DNA from: Candidatus Culexmicrobium cathedralense | GTDB taxonomy: Archaea; Thermoproteota; Methanomethylicia; Culexarchaeales; Culexmicrobiaceae | Direction: 5' to 3' | Length of the DNA stretch: 35,655 bases | NCBI GenBank assembly: GCA_025061115.1 | Contig: JANZKC010000005.1 | Coordinates: 1-35,655, forward strand | Shown: one piece after another, positions 1 to 9,018 of the stretch | How positions within the stretch are numbered: position 1 is the first letter of the stretch | Layout of the letters: the number at the start of each line of letters is the position of its first letter | Notes under the pieces: generated by a model | The model's input: the letters and a program-made list of their open reading frames with translations, nothing else | Databases searched by the model: none | Told to the model about the DNA's origin: nothing | Program-made: the position numbers and the translations under genes

Positions 1-203
1 AAGAAGCACAAGAGTTAATAGCAAAAGTCAAGAAGCTTGTTGAAAGTGCTGAAGCAGAAATGTTCGAAGACGCTACCGAAGCGTTAAAGTTCATCATAGA
101 CAACATAGTTAATGCTTTCGAAAACTACGAAAGAAGCATAAAAATGCATGAAATCATAAGCGACTATCCTGTTGGCCAAGTAGAAGTAGTGATTTACGAC
201 TAA
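1..203 (+). CDS. 3' part of a hypothetical protein spanning the circular junction (EAQELIAKVKKLVESAEAEMFED...VVIYD*)
   Basis: Open frame from position 3 to TAA at 201-203. It joins in frame with the ORF starting at 35499 (119 aa in total). Confidence 0.75.
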   Translation, partial: EAQELIAKVKKLVESAEAEMFEDATEALKFIIDNIVNAFENYERSIKMHEIISDYPVGQVEVVIYD

Positions 204-225
204 AAATAAACTTTTATTTTTTCTC

Positions 226-1287
226 CTAGTTTTCCTCTATTATTTTCTGGCATGCGCATTCTTCTATTGCATGGTTGTCTACGTATTTTTGGAAGCATTC
301 TCCAACCTTGTCCATTAGGTCGTGCCATGCTTCTTCCTGTTCTTCGTCAGATGACATTCTCAAGTCCATGGATGTTGCTAGGGCTATTGTTTTAGCTACC
401 TTGTCTCTTCTCTCCCATATTGGCCCTTCGCATTCAATACCTGTTTCCAATCCTTCCTCGTACATTCTCCTGCATTTTAGCCCCTGTTTTTCCAGCAGGG
501 ACTCCACTATGTCGTTTACTGGCCTGTCGTTGTCGAAGTACTGTAGCTTACCTTTCTCGAGGTCGACGTGGGTTCTATGCCCCTTAGCGGAGCCGACTTT
601 AAGCTCAACCCTGCTGTTCACAGCTACTCCTCTAAGCTCCGGAGCGTCTTCAGGCCAGTACAGGCCTTTCTCGTCGAACATTTTAGAGTACTTGTCCCAT
701 AGTTTGCAGAACTCTACAGCTCTTTCAGATGCCCTACCTAGGGCCAAGCATTTCTCGGAAACCTTCCGTAGGGGCCCTATTTTCTCCCTAAAATACTCTA
801 TTAGCCTATGGTAGCATGCCGTGCAGTCGTTTATAGCTGCGGTTAAAGTGTACGGTTCAACAACGCCTCTAAGCCACGTGCACCTGCGGCCCCAGATCTG
901 CTCGGCCACCTTGTCAACGCCTCTTAAATACGTTGCAGCCCGTTTAAGCCTGTCAGTAACGTTTGAAGAGCACTGTTTAAAGGAGGGAACAAGCTCCGTA
1001 TAGCATTCCCTAGACGCAATATCGACGTTGAAAACGGCTTCCTTAAGCTCCCTGATAAACCTTTCAACCCTTCCATCACCAACCAGGGGTGCAGCATCTT
1101 CGAACCTGTCAAGCGACCTGTAAACGTCAATACACCATGAGCTAACTTCACTGTACTTTGCAGACTCAGGTTTAGAAGCTAGTTCTCTCCCCTTCTCCTC
1201 AAGCTTAGATGCTTCTTCGAGAACAACATCTATGGAGAACTGCGGCAACCATGAACCTGCCAGCCTAGATCCACTGGTAGTCCACAT
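226..1287 (-). CDS. Cys-rich hypothetical protein (353 aa) with N-terminal WTTS-x6-SWLPQ motif
   Basis: Long ORF. The likely start is ATG 1287, after GGAG, which avoids overlap with the helicase. Confidence 0.8.
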   Translation of the reverse strand: MWTTSGSRLAGSWLPQFSIDVVLEEASKLEEKGRELASKPESAKYSEVSSWCIDVYRSLDRFEDAAPLVGDGRVERFIRELKEAVFNVDIASRECYTELVPSFKQCSSNVTDRLKRAATYLRGVDKVAEQIWGRRCTWLRGVVEPYTLTAAINDCTACYHRLIEYFREKIGPLRKVSEKCLALGRASERAVEFCKLWDKYSKMFDEKGLYWPEDAPELRGVAVNSRVELKVGSAKGHRTHVDLEKGKLQYFDNDRPVNDIVESLLEKQGLKCRRMYEEGLETGIECEGPIWERRDKVAKTIALATSMDLRMSSDEEQEEAWHDLMDKVGECFQKYVDNHAIEECACQKIIEEN

Positions 1288-1310
1288 TGCTTCTCCAAAA
1301 TATAATAATG

Positions 1311-2862
1311 TTATTTTAACAATATATCTTTTATTTGCCATTTAGGTTCAGTACTATATATTTTCCTCCTCCTCATGGCGTGGTCTTCAAAATACTTGAT
1401 GTGATCCCATACATCGATGACAATGCCGTACTTCTTGTTGGGCCATGGCCTAGTTATTCTCCCTACTCTTTGAAGCGCCCTTGTCGATGATTTCCCCCCT
1501 CCGGCCAAGATCAGGGTTCTTAAAGCTGGGAGGTCTAGTCCCTCATCGGCCAGAGTTGTCGCTATTATTCCATCTATTTTCTCCCTCCTTACAAGATCGA
1601 ACATTAAAGCCCTAATGTCTGGATCGACCTGCCCATAGAGAAATGCTACTTTCAATCCTAGTTTCTTACATTCCTTCTCAATTAATTCCCCATGTTTTAT
1701 CTCTTTAACTAGGATCATGAATGGTTTAGGGGCCTTGTAAGCTATTCTTGCTATTAGCTGGTTTCTTATCGGATCCTGGAAAACAGCTTTCTTAACCTTG
1801 TTGAACAACCATGGGCCTCCCCGTTTACCCTCGAAATCCTTGGCATACTTGGGGAAGTAATGTGCGAAATAGATCTTGACAGGAACAAGATAGCCTTTCT
1901 CTATTAGTTCGCTACTAAGAATCCTCCTTGGAACCATATCCCCATAGCATGCATAGATATCTAGGTCTCTGCCGTCATCGCGCCAAGGTGTAGCGCTTAA
2001 GGCTAGTCTTAAAGCGTTAGGGTTAGACATGGACGTGTACCATACTGTTCTAGCAGGTACATGTTGGCATTCATCCATTATTACTAGGTCTGCTTTCCTA
2101 TAGGTTTCATATAGTTTCAGCTTGTCTTCAACATCTGTTTCTTCAAGCAAATACTTTACTTCCTCGTCAAGGCTCTCTTCAGGGTATTCGTATGCCTCAT
2201 ATGTTCTTATAGCCCGGTAAAGTGTTTGAACAGTACAGCACACTACGTTTCTATCTATTTGGAAATAGTCTTTGTTGACTAGTCCCGCCTCCACACCGTA
2301 CTTCCTGAACCTGTCCCTAGCTTGAATCAGCAGGTCCGTGTTTAGAGATAGGAAAAACGTTTTCCCTGGCTTAAGGATCTTATGTAGTGCTACAGCTACT
2401 TCAGTTTTGCCACTTCTGGCCTGCCCGGGGGTGTTTATAGGTAAACTTTCCCCCCCTAGGCAGGTTTCCAGTGCAGGCTTGGAGTGTTGCAGCTCCTTGG
2501 AATTCTAGTTGCTTAAGTATCGATATTAGTGCTTCAAGCTGGTATTTGCGTAGAAACTTTGCCTCGTAAAGATCATAGTCTAACTCCCTATATTTAGCTT
2601 CAACACGCCCCATTTTCAGGTTTTCAGCTATCCTCTTAACCCTAACGGTTAGGCCTCTGAAGGTTGTGAAGCTTAGTTTTGAAGGGTTAAACCAGTACCG
2701 TCGTATCATAATGTACTCGTATGCTTTAATGTCAGGGTTCCACTTCTTAAGCTCATATGCGAAATACTTATCTGAAAACATCTTTAACGCTTCATACTTG
2801 GCCGGGTCATCTAGGAAAACTGTAACGTAGTTTCCATGGAAAACTGCTTTCACGTTTTCCAC
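1311..2862 (-). CDS. Superfamily 2 DExH helicase (XPB/Rad25-like), intron-split: exons 2466-2862 and 1311-2413, 499 aa
   Basis: Q motif LRKYQ; Walker A ACTG|SGKT restored by splicing; motif Ia FFLSLNTDLLIQ; DECQH; SAT; ADEGLDLP; QRVGR. Confidence 0.9.
2414..2465 (-). other. 52-nt archaeal bulge-helix-bulge intron in the helicase mRNA
   Basis: Central helix CUGG/CCAG; 3-nt bulges AAA and AAG; intron stem CCUGCCU/GGGCAGG, GGGGG/CCCCC, GUUUA/UAAAC. Cutting after the second nucleotide of each bulge gives ACU GGA AGU GGC AAA ACU (TGSGKT). Confidence 0.88.
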
Positions 2863-3074
2863 CCTGTTTTCTTAATGTATTTTTCGAAGCACATGAATGT
2901 TCTATGGTTCCAAACGGGCTCGTAAAGTCTGCACTCCCAAATTGACTTTGGAGCCTCGGAAGGTGACATTACTTCTCCTGTTCTATGGCATTTAATAACG
3001 TATCCGCTTCCTCCATGTTTCCTTATTACTTCGCAGAAGTAGCAGCTGTAGCATAGTTTAGGTGCTTTAGGCAT
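2850..3074 (-). CDS. Small Cys-rich (Zn-binding) protein, 74 aa
   Basis: Likely start MPKAPK after GGGTGG; CxxCxxC...C...C pattern. Confidence 0.7.
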   Translation of the reverse strand: MPKAPKLCYSCYFCEVIRKHGGSGYVIKCHRTGEVMSPSEAPKSIWECRLYEPVWNHRTFMCFEKYIKKTGWKT

Positions 3075-3084
3075 GTTTCCACCC

Positions 3085-3125
3085 AAGTATAGTATATACA
3101 GTATATAATATATAAAGTATAGGGT
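3085..3125. promoter_or_regulatory. Divergent promoter region with ATACAGTAT/TAGTATA motif
   Basis: AT-rich intergenic stretch between divergent genes; the same motif recurs at 7378 and 30468. Confidence 0.5.
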
Positions 3126-3186
3126 AGAGAGTGCGGCAGAAAAAATATAAGGTAGAAAGTGTGTACCGGGTTTCTCGGAGGTAACT

Positions 3187-3711
3187 ATGTCTGAGAAGGG
3201 AATGGAAAAGCTAATAAGAACCCTTATGAGGTTCGGCATGACTAGGGAGGATGCTGAAAAGTATGCTCAAAGATATTTTCAAGCTTTAAACGAGGCTCAA
3301 AGGGTTAGTAAGGATAAGCTCGAAGAGATCAAGCGCTTCGCCTTAAAAACTCTGCCTCATAGCGATGATTTTAGAGTTAAATACGATAAGTACGATGTCA
3401 TAATAGTTCAAGTTCCAGCGGTACCTAATGTTAAAAGGACCTCAAGCGGAAACTACAAGATCGGACTACTGTGGCCAGGGGCTAAGGGATCTATTGGTGG
3501 GCCATGGATTTCGGCGTTCTTTAGCTCTAAGGAGGAGGCCGACAAGGTAGCTTCAAGGCCCGGTGATTTCTTCCTCTTGGTTGGTAAGGTTAGGACCAGG
3601 GAGTACATGGGTGGGCCAACGTACAGTATTAACGTTGCCGGATTGATTGAGCTTGGTGAAGAAGAGGTTCCTGAAGAGGTTTTCGGTGAAGAAGGTTTTG
3701 CGGAGGAGTAG
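3187..3711 (+). CDS. Putative OB-fold single-stranded DNA-binding protein
   Basis: OB-like beta pattern (ISAFF, FLLVGKVRTREYMG..YSINV), acidic C-terminal tail, next to Cas4 and a RecA-like ATPase. Confidence 0.65.
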   Translation: MSEKGMEKLIRTLMRFGMTREDAEKYAQRYFQALNEAQRVSKDKLEEIKRFALKTLPHSDDFRVKYDKYDVIIVQVPAVPNVKRTSSGNYKIGLLWPGAKGSIGGPWISAFFSSKEEADKVASRPGDFFLLVGKVRTREYMGGPTYSINVAGLIELGEEEVPEEVFGEEGFAEE

Positions 3712-3715
3712 CTGA

Positions 3716-4357
3716 ATGGAGAACGTTGACGAGCTTAGGAGGAAGATTAGGCAAGCATTCATAATGTTCGATGTTAAGCCAAGAAACCCGTATGAAATCT
3801 ATGTTACTGAAGCGGTCGGATGCCTTAGAAGAGCTTTTTTCAACATAAAGTTCAACGCTAACCCTGTTCTCGAATCAGCTGATGTAATAATGGGTAAGCT
3901 TGTGCATTTAGCGTTACCTAAGGTTCTCAAGGACATTGTTAACGCGGAGTTCGAGGTTCCTCTTGGATACAATATTTCCGGTCCATGGGTTCTAAGCGGA
4001 CGGGCAGACGCTATGGACGCTGACATGGTTTACGAGTTCAAGTTCTCTTCACCGTATAGTGATGCTAAGCCAATATATTTCATGCAGGCAAACGCATACG
4101 CTGTCATGGCTGAGAGGCCGATGTTCGCCCTGGTTATTATCGATAAGAAGACCTTCGACGTGGACATTATGGTTTCCGAAGCGGATGTTAAAGGGTTTAA
4201 CGCTGTTGTTGAAAGAGCTAAAACAATAATATCGTGTGTTGAAAGAAACGAGGTACCTCCCGGACCCGACTATGATTGGCAATGTAAGAACTGCCCTTAC
4301 GCATTAATTTGTGTGGAGGGTAAGAAATGGATAGGTCAGAAACCTCTAAAACCATAG
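3716..4357 (+). CDS. Cas4-like PD-(D/E)XK exonuclease with Fe-S cluster (solo viral type)
   Basis: N-terminal C (GCLRR), GxxxH, GRAD...YEFK, QxxxY, C-terminal CxxCxYxxxC. Confidence 0.9.
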   Translation: MENVDELRRKIRQAFIMFDVKPRNPYEIYVTEAVGCLRRAFFNIKFNANPVLESADVIMGKLVHLALPKVLKDIVNAEFEVPLGYNISGPWVLSGRADAMDADMVYEFKFSSPYSDAKPIYFMQANAYAVMAERPMFALVIIDKKTFDVDIMVSEADVKGFNAVVERAKTIISCVERNEVPPGPDYDWQCKNCPYALICVEGKKWIGQKPLKP

Positions 4358-4533
4358 GGTGGCTGGTTTACTGGTTGGGTTTAACGTTGCTAGGTGTTTC
4401 TCTTGCAATCTACTTGTTACGTTCAAGTAATCCAGTGAAGGTAGGGTTAGGGTTTGTAACGTTGATTTTAGTGGTTGCTTCAATGTCTTTCACTGCATAC
4501 TTCCTTCATAAGCTTTTAAGGAGGGGGAAATAA
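4327..4533 (+). CDS. Small membrane protein (2 TM)
   Basis: Two hydrophobic segments; GGAGG RBS. Confidence 0.7.
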   Translation: MDRSETSKTIGWLVYWLGLTLLGVSLAIYLLRSSNPVKVGLGFVTLILVVASMSFTAYFLHKLLRRGK

Positions 4534-5241
4534 ATGTCTGAAAAAACAATTGTTGAAATGGTTAAGGAGAAGGGGAAGGAAAGAGAGAAGAAGAGGATTA
4601 GCGAAATTGTTAGGAAAATACATGCGATTGTAGGATATGATACATTCCAAGTGTTTGGACCTACAGGTTCAGGGAAGACGAGTTTTGCCCTATGGTTGGC
4701 CCATGAGTTCGCAAATTCCGGACTTAAAGTATGGTATCTTGATACTGAAAGAAATCTAAGTAGGCCTCCGAAACATGAGAACATAGAGTACATTTACACA
4801 CCGGTTTTCGACGAAATATACAACTACGTTAGGAACCTTCCGAAAGCCCATCTGTACATAATCGACTCAATAGGTATCCCGGTGCTTGCTGCTTACAGTG
4901 AATCAAGCATGTACGAGAAAGGCACTATGCTCCTGAAAATGGTTACCATGGCCAACTACTTGAAAATAGCAACATACAAGAACAAAGCTATGGCATTAAT
5001 AACGAACCAGCCAGTAAGCCCCTATGGTAAAAAGGAAGTTACTGAGGAGGACCTAAGGCCCCTAGGTAGCAAGGCGCTGTTCTTAAGTAAGGAAATATGG
5101 AGGACATGGATTATTGAGACTAGTCCAAGCAGAACCATGTGCGAGATCAGAACATGGAGATCCAGGAGGTACGGTAGAGGAAAGAAGCTCTTCAGAATAG
5201 AAATAACAGACCATGGAGTTAAGGTAACTCCGCTAATATAG
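4534..5241 (+). CDS. RecA/RadB/Sak4-like ATPase
   Basis: Walker A GPTGSGKT, YLDTE, Walker B YIIDSI, LITNQ. Confidence 0.85.
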   Translation: MSEKTIVEMVKEKGKEREKKRISEIVRKIHAIVGYDTFQVFGPTGSGKTSFALWLAHEFANSGLKVWYLDTERNLSRPPKHENIEYIYTPVFDEIYNYVRNLPKAHLYIIDSIGIPVLAAYSESSMYEKGTMLLKMVTMANYLKIATYKNKAMALITNQPVSPYGKKEVTEEDLRPLGSKALFLSKEIWRTWIIETSPSRTMCEIRTWRSRRYGRGKKLFRIEITDHGVKVTPLI

Positions 5242-5328
5242 CTTTAAGTTCAATCCTCTTTTTTCTATTTCCCGGTAGGTTTAAATAGGGGTTCTACCTA
5301 GGTTATACTTGAGAAAAACCTTCCCGGG

Positions 5329-5658
5329 GTGAGATCCATGTCTAAGGCTCCTATTTCTGCTTTAGAGAAAGAATATGAGGAGGTTCTAGAGGAATATAAG
5401 CAACACATTATAAGGTTCATTAGGAGAACATGGAGGATCAATAGGAAGCTGAGGAGGCTAATTAGAAGCACAGACTTCAGAAAGCAACCAGAGAAAATAT
5501 TCAAGGTTCTTGACAGGTTAACCAAAGTTTTCGTAGCCTTATACGATGAAGTCGATGTTTGGCTGGAAGCTTGCAATTACGAAGAACATAACAAGATAGA
5601 AATGCTAAACTTCCTGCTACCCGACGAAGAAATAATAGAAGAAATAAAGAAAGCATAA
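5329..5658 (+). CDS. Hypothetical helical protein
   Basis: ORF downstream of a TTTAAATA box; the start may be ATG 5338. Confidence 0.7.
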   Translation: MRSMSKAPISALEKEYEEVLEEYKQHIIRFIRRTWRINRKLRRLIRSTDFRKQPEKIFKVLDRLTKVFVALYDEVDVWLEACNYEEHNKIEMLNFLLPDEEIIEEIKKA

Positions 5659-5672
5659 TGGAGGTGTAGGTA

Positions 5673-5873
5673 ATGGACTATTGTTCAAGGTGTAGGCAGA
5701 AGAGTGTTGAAAGAAGTGAGATAGTAATAGACGGTTATGTTAGCTACCTGTATAGGTGCACTATCTGCGGTTACACCTACTGGACATTACCAGTACCATT
5801 ACCGGGGAAGAAGCTTGACAAAGAGGAGATAAGGCAAGTAATAAAGAAGCTTATAAAAATGTACGGTGATTAA
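5673..5873 (+). CDS. Zn-ribbon protein
   Basis: CxxC...YRCxxCGY; GGAGGTG RBS. Confidence 0.75.
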   Translation: MDYCSRCRQKSVERSEIVIDGYVSYLYRCTICGYTYWTLPVPLPGKKLDKEEIRQVIKKLIKMYGD

Positions 5874-5875
5874 CC

Positions 5876-6130
5876 ATGTATCCTCCTTTCTCCCATGAGG
5901 ATGCGGTTCAGTTTCTTGAGGAGGCTAATGAGCTTAGGGAGGCTTTTAGCGTTCTTAAGTCTGCTGTTGAGGAAATATTGCCTAAGCTTAGGGAGGTTAA
6001 GAAGGCTATTCATGCTTGCTGGCTTGAAGCGGAAACAGCGGACGAAGCAACGTTCTGGGGAGAGCTTGAGGAGGACCTAGACCAGATAATTAACAAGCTT
6101 GAAGAAACCCTGAAGGAGGTGGGTGAGTAG
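5876..6130 (+). CDS. Acidic coiled-coil hypothetical protein
   Basis: ORF in operon with GGTGA RBS. Confidence 0.7.
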   Translation: MYPPFSHEDAVQFLEEANELREAFSVLKSAVEEILPKLREVKKAIHACWLEAETADEATFWGELEEDLDQIINKLEETLKEVGE

Positions 6131-6309
6131 TGAAGGTTAAGGTACACAGGGTTGGTCATGGTAGAAGCTTTAGCGTAGTTATTCCAAAGCCAATAGTTTT
6201 ACTGTTGGCGAAACATCACGGCGTAAGCCCCGATGAAATAGAGTTTCTCGAACTAGACTACAGGAACGGAGTAATACTAATAACCATACCAAAAGAGGTG
6301 AAAAAGTGA
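6130..6309 (+). CDS. AbrB/MazE-like DNA-binding protein (59 aa, not in ORF track)
   Basis: My translation: MKVKVHRVGHGRSFSVVIPKPIV..., which fits the swapped-hairpin pattern; GGTGA RBS. Confidence 0.7.
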   Translation: MKVKVHRVGHGRSFSVVIPKPIVLLLAKHHGVSPDEIEFLELDYRNGVILITIPKEVKK

Positions 6310-6545
6310 TGGTTAAGAAGGAACATTACAAGTACACTGTCTACCTTCGAGGTGAAGGAAGGAAAATCCTAGACGAAATTGCTTCTGTTGCTGATATGTC
6401 TAAAACCGATATTATGGTGGTTGCTTTGAAGCTTCTAAAGCACTTCGCAGTTCACGGCGTAGGTGAATCAGCAATATACAGTATGCCCCATGATCTATGG
6501 AAGCAAATATATGAAATCCACAGGAAATGGCATGGGCTACAGTAA
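6306..6545 (+). CDS. Ribbon-helix-helix protein
   Basis: YTVYL...ILDEIA...MSKTDIMVVALK pattern. Confidence 0.75.
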   Translation: MMVKKEHYKYTVYLRGEGRKILDEIASVADMSKTDIMVVALKLLKHFAVHGVGESAIYSMPHDLWKQIYEIHRKWHGLQ

Positions 6546-6757
6546 TGCTACCAGCTGTCTTGATTTTAATCTGGTTTTTTCTCCTCTTAGCCTTTACATT
6601 CTACAACTTACATCTTCTAGCACAAGAAGAACCTATGTCGTGGAGTTCAGTTAGAATTATAGCTACTTTCGTTATGGTGTTCATATTTTCTGTTATAGTT
6701 CTTCTCCTCGGTATATTGGTATTGCTTATAAGGGGTATTTTGAGAAAATATTATTGA
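6527..6757 (+). CDS. Small membrane protein (2 TM)
   Basis: Two long hydrophobic segments. Confidence 0.65.
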   Translation: MAWATVMLPAVLILIWFFLLLAFTFYNLHLLAQEEPMSWSSVRIIATFVMVFIFSVIVLLLGILVLLIRGILRKYY

Positions 6758-7347
6758 TGATAAGTGTAGTTGTTCCTTTGTGGTGTGAGCCTAGAGAGTA
6801 TTTGCTTATGTGTTTACGTAGCCTAAATAGTCAAAGCCTAGACAGGAGAAGTTATGAGATAATTCTTGTAGATGGATGTTTAAACCCTGACCAGGAAGTT
6901 TACAGCTTAGCTGACAAGGTTCTTTACGCGCCAAGGGGGAAGCTTCATGCGAGACATTTAGGAATAGTTAATGCTAGAGGGGACATTATTGTTTCATGCG
7001 ATGCGGACACCATTTATCCTTATAACTACATTGAGAAAATAACGGTGCCATTCCATGATCCGGACGTTGTTGCTGTTGCCGGGACAGCATCGTGGGATCT
7101 TTTCTGGGATGTTCTAGCATACCCGGTGAAAATAGCTCACTACGGTAGCAGGCTTTCAGGACGTGCTTCAGCGTTTAGGAAATGGGCCTATTTTGCTGTT
7201 GGAGGATTTGACCTAACCGTGAACCAAGGCAACTGGAAGCAGCTTGAACTAGAGGAGGAAATAAGGTTCTACCGTAAGCTGAAACAGCTAGGTAAAGTAG
7301 TTGTAGTAGACACCAATGTTAAACATTTAGCATGGGGACGTCATTGA
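6754..7347 (+). CDS. Glycosyltransferase family 2 (GT-A fold)
   Basis: ISVVVP, EIILVDG, ARHLG...ARGDIIVSCDAD, VGGFD. Confidence 0.9.
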   Translation: MMISVVVPLWCEPREYLLMCLRSLNSQSLDRRSYEIILVDGCLNPDQEVYSLADKVLYAPRGKLHARHLGIVNARGDIIVSCDADTIYPYNYIEKITVPFHDPDVVAVAGTASWDLFWDVLAYPVKIAHYGSRLSGRASAFRKWAYFAVGGFDLTVNQGNWKQLELEEEIRFYRKLKQLGKVVVVDTNVKHLAWGRH

Positions 7348-7424
7348 GGTTGCTGTAGGGGAACATTTTTATATATAATACTGTATAGTATACTGTGTTA
7401 AAACATATTGTAGGGTGGTTGCCC

Positions 7425-7556
7425 ATGGGTTACCATACAGTGTATTTAACTAAAGAGTTGGAAACGTTAGTAAGGGTTTACATGAAGAAAACCGGTAAAT
7501 CGTTCACTAAAATTGTGCAGGAAGCGCTAATGGAGTATTTAACAGCAAGAATTTAG
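7425..7556 (+). CDS. Ribbon-helix-helix protein (43 aa, not in ORF track)
   Basis: My translation: MGYHTVYLTKELETLVRVYMKKTGKSFTKIVQEALMEYLTARI. Confidence 0.75.
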   Translation: MGYHTVYLTKELETLVRVYMKKTGKSFTKIVQEALMEYLTARI

Positions 7557-7568
7557 AGGTGTTTTTCA

Positions 7569-7748
7569 ATGGAGTATGTTACTCTCTTCAAAATTCCGGC
7601 AGTAGTTAAAATACATGGTTTTGAAGGGAAAAAGGTGGTTAAAATAGTTGACGGGAAAGGAACAGTGTTGGAAATCGTAGCTGACAACGATAAGGCTACC
7701 GTAGCTGTTTGCGTTAGAAAAGACTACTATGATGTTTTGAAAAAGTAG
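7569..7748 (+). CDS. Small beta-rich hypothetical protein (59 aa, not in ORF track)
   Basis: MEYVTLFKIPAVVKIHGFEG...YDVLKK, after a GAGGTG RBS. Confidence 0.65.
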   Translation: MEYVTLFKIPAVVKIHGFEGKKVVKIVDGKGTVLEIVADNDKATVAVCVRKDYYDVLKK

Positions 7749-7751
7749 AAA

Positions 7752-7964
7752 CTATTTTCTCCTATTGTTTTTAGTTTCTTCTTCCCTCATAAGCTCCGAT
7801 ATAATGTATGCTACGTACGGTGCTTTCGGAAGAATTAGTCTAAGAAGTTTAACCAGAAACCTCACAGTTTCACTGTTCGATTCGAAACCTGCAACCTTCT
7901 TGACAGAGTAAATGTACTGCATGTCGGACTCGTCTAAGAAAACCTGAACCCTTGTCTTCGCCAT
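7752..7964 (-). CDS. Ribbon-helix-helix protein
   Basis: TRVQVFLDE...GFESNSETVRFLV. Confidence 0.75.
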   Translation of the reverse strand: MAKTRVQVFLDESDMQYIYSVKKVAGFESNSETVRFLVKLLRLILPKAPYVAYIISELMREEETKNNRRK

Positions 7965-8043
7965 AGCTGTACTCCCACCATACTCTAACTAGAGCATAAG
8001 AAGTATAAAAACCCATACCCATATGTTTAAAACGGTGACACAT

Positions 8044-8274
8044 ATGAGTGAAGCAAGAAAAGCTTTAAGAAAGGCTGTTAGAGGAGCATGGGACACCAAC
8101 AAAGCACTAATAACGATACAGGATGAGCTAACTAAGAAAGGCTATGCCCTCCTACATGACGGATACAAGAAATGTATTACAGAAGGCGACGAACCTATAA
8201 AGAAATGCTACAGAGACGTTGCCACGGAGAAGAAACTTAGCGAAGAATATCGTTCAATATGGGAAGCTAAATAA
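8044..8274 (+). CDS. Small basic helical protein, paralog 1 (76 aa; candidate nucleocapsid/DNA-binding protein)
   Basis: Start MSEARK after GGTGA; clear paralog of 8288-8518. Confidence 0.7.
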   Translation: MSEARKALRKAVRGAWDTNKALITIQDELTKKGYALLHDGYKKCITEGDEPIKKCYRDVATEKKLSEEYRSIWEAK

Positions 8275-8287
8275 GGGGGTGTAAGCC

Positions 8288-8518
8288 ATGGCCGAGTCCT
8301 TCCGTAAGAAATTAAGGTCAAAAGTAAGATCACTATGGACAGCTGAAGGCTTTGATATACAGGAAGCACTCAAGGAGAAGGGAAGAGCACTGCTAAAGGA
8401 AGGATACAGGAAATGTGCTGAGGAAGTTCCAGCTAAAGAGTTTCCAGCATGTCTAAGGAAGGTAGCTGACGAAAAGAACATTTCAAGAGAATACAGGAGC
8501 ATCTGGGGAACTGTATAG
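8288..8518 (+). CDS. Small basic helical protein, paralog 2 (76 aa)
   Basis: Shares IQxxLxxKGxALLxxGYxKC...CxRxVAxEKxxSxEYRSIW with paralog 1. Confidence 0.7.
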   Translation: MAESFRKKLRSKVRSLWTAEGFDIQEALKEKGRALLKEGYRKCAEEVPAKEFPACLRKVADEKNISREYRSIWGTV

Positions 8519-8669
8519 AGTAGTTAAACTATTGGCGATTACACCTTAGAGTTCAACTTATTTTTTCTCTTTTCGTTCAGTCTTCTTCTAACATGTTCAA
8601 TAAAGCTAATTTCTGAGAGTAAGCTTTAAAAGAATGTAATACAATATAACATATGAAAATATAATATAG

Positions 8670-9017
8670 GTGGTAAAAGTGAAAATACCAAACTGGTTAA
8701 TAATAAAAACGTCGTATCCTCCACGAACTGTTGGCGCCCTAATGGGTGTTGAAAGAGAGGTAGACGTAGAGCAATTAATGTGCCTAGCAAAGAAAATATT
8801 GACTGATCTTCACTATTTAGCAATAAAAGCATGGGAAGAAAAGAACGTTGACAGTAGCGACATACATGGTGTAATATTTCTCTTCAAACAATTCTTGGAT
8901 GAGCTTCTATTACCTACCAGTGATATTGACAGAGAAGCTAGGGACAAAGCGATTGAGTGGTGGCGGCAGCACATAAGAATTATGGAACGTAAGGAGTTTT
9001 TGTCCCTAAATAGTTAA
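8670..9017 (+). CDS. Hypothetical protein
   Basis: 115-aa ORF after an AT-rich promoter region. Confidence 0.6.
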   Translation: MVKVKIPNWLIIKTSYPPRTVGALMGVEREVDVEQLMCLAKKILTDLHYLAIKAWEEKNVDSSDIHGVIFLFKQFLDELLLPTSDIDREARDKAIEWWRQHIRIMERKEFLSLNS

Positions 9018-9018
9018 C

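Noticed and set aside
275-1151. Antisense and overlapping ORFs in the track (e.g. 275-814, 13964-14677, 18920-19507, 30463-30888)
   Set aside because: Shadow frames of better-supported genes, with no motifs or RBS.
2401-2862. Helicase as a pseudogene, two genes or a programmed frameshift at the G7 run
   Set aside because: A frameshift would leave about 17 extra residues inside Walker A; BHB splicing restores the motif exactly.
3716-4357. Cas4 as evidence of a CRISPR adaptation module
   Set aside because: No cas1, cas2 or array; the context is a viral recombination cluster.
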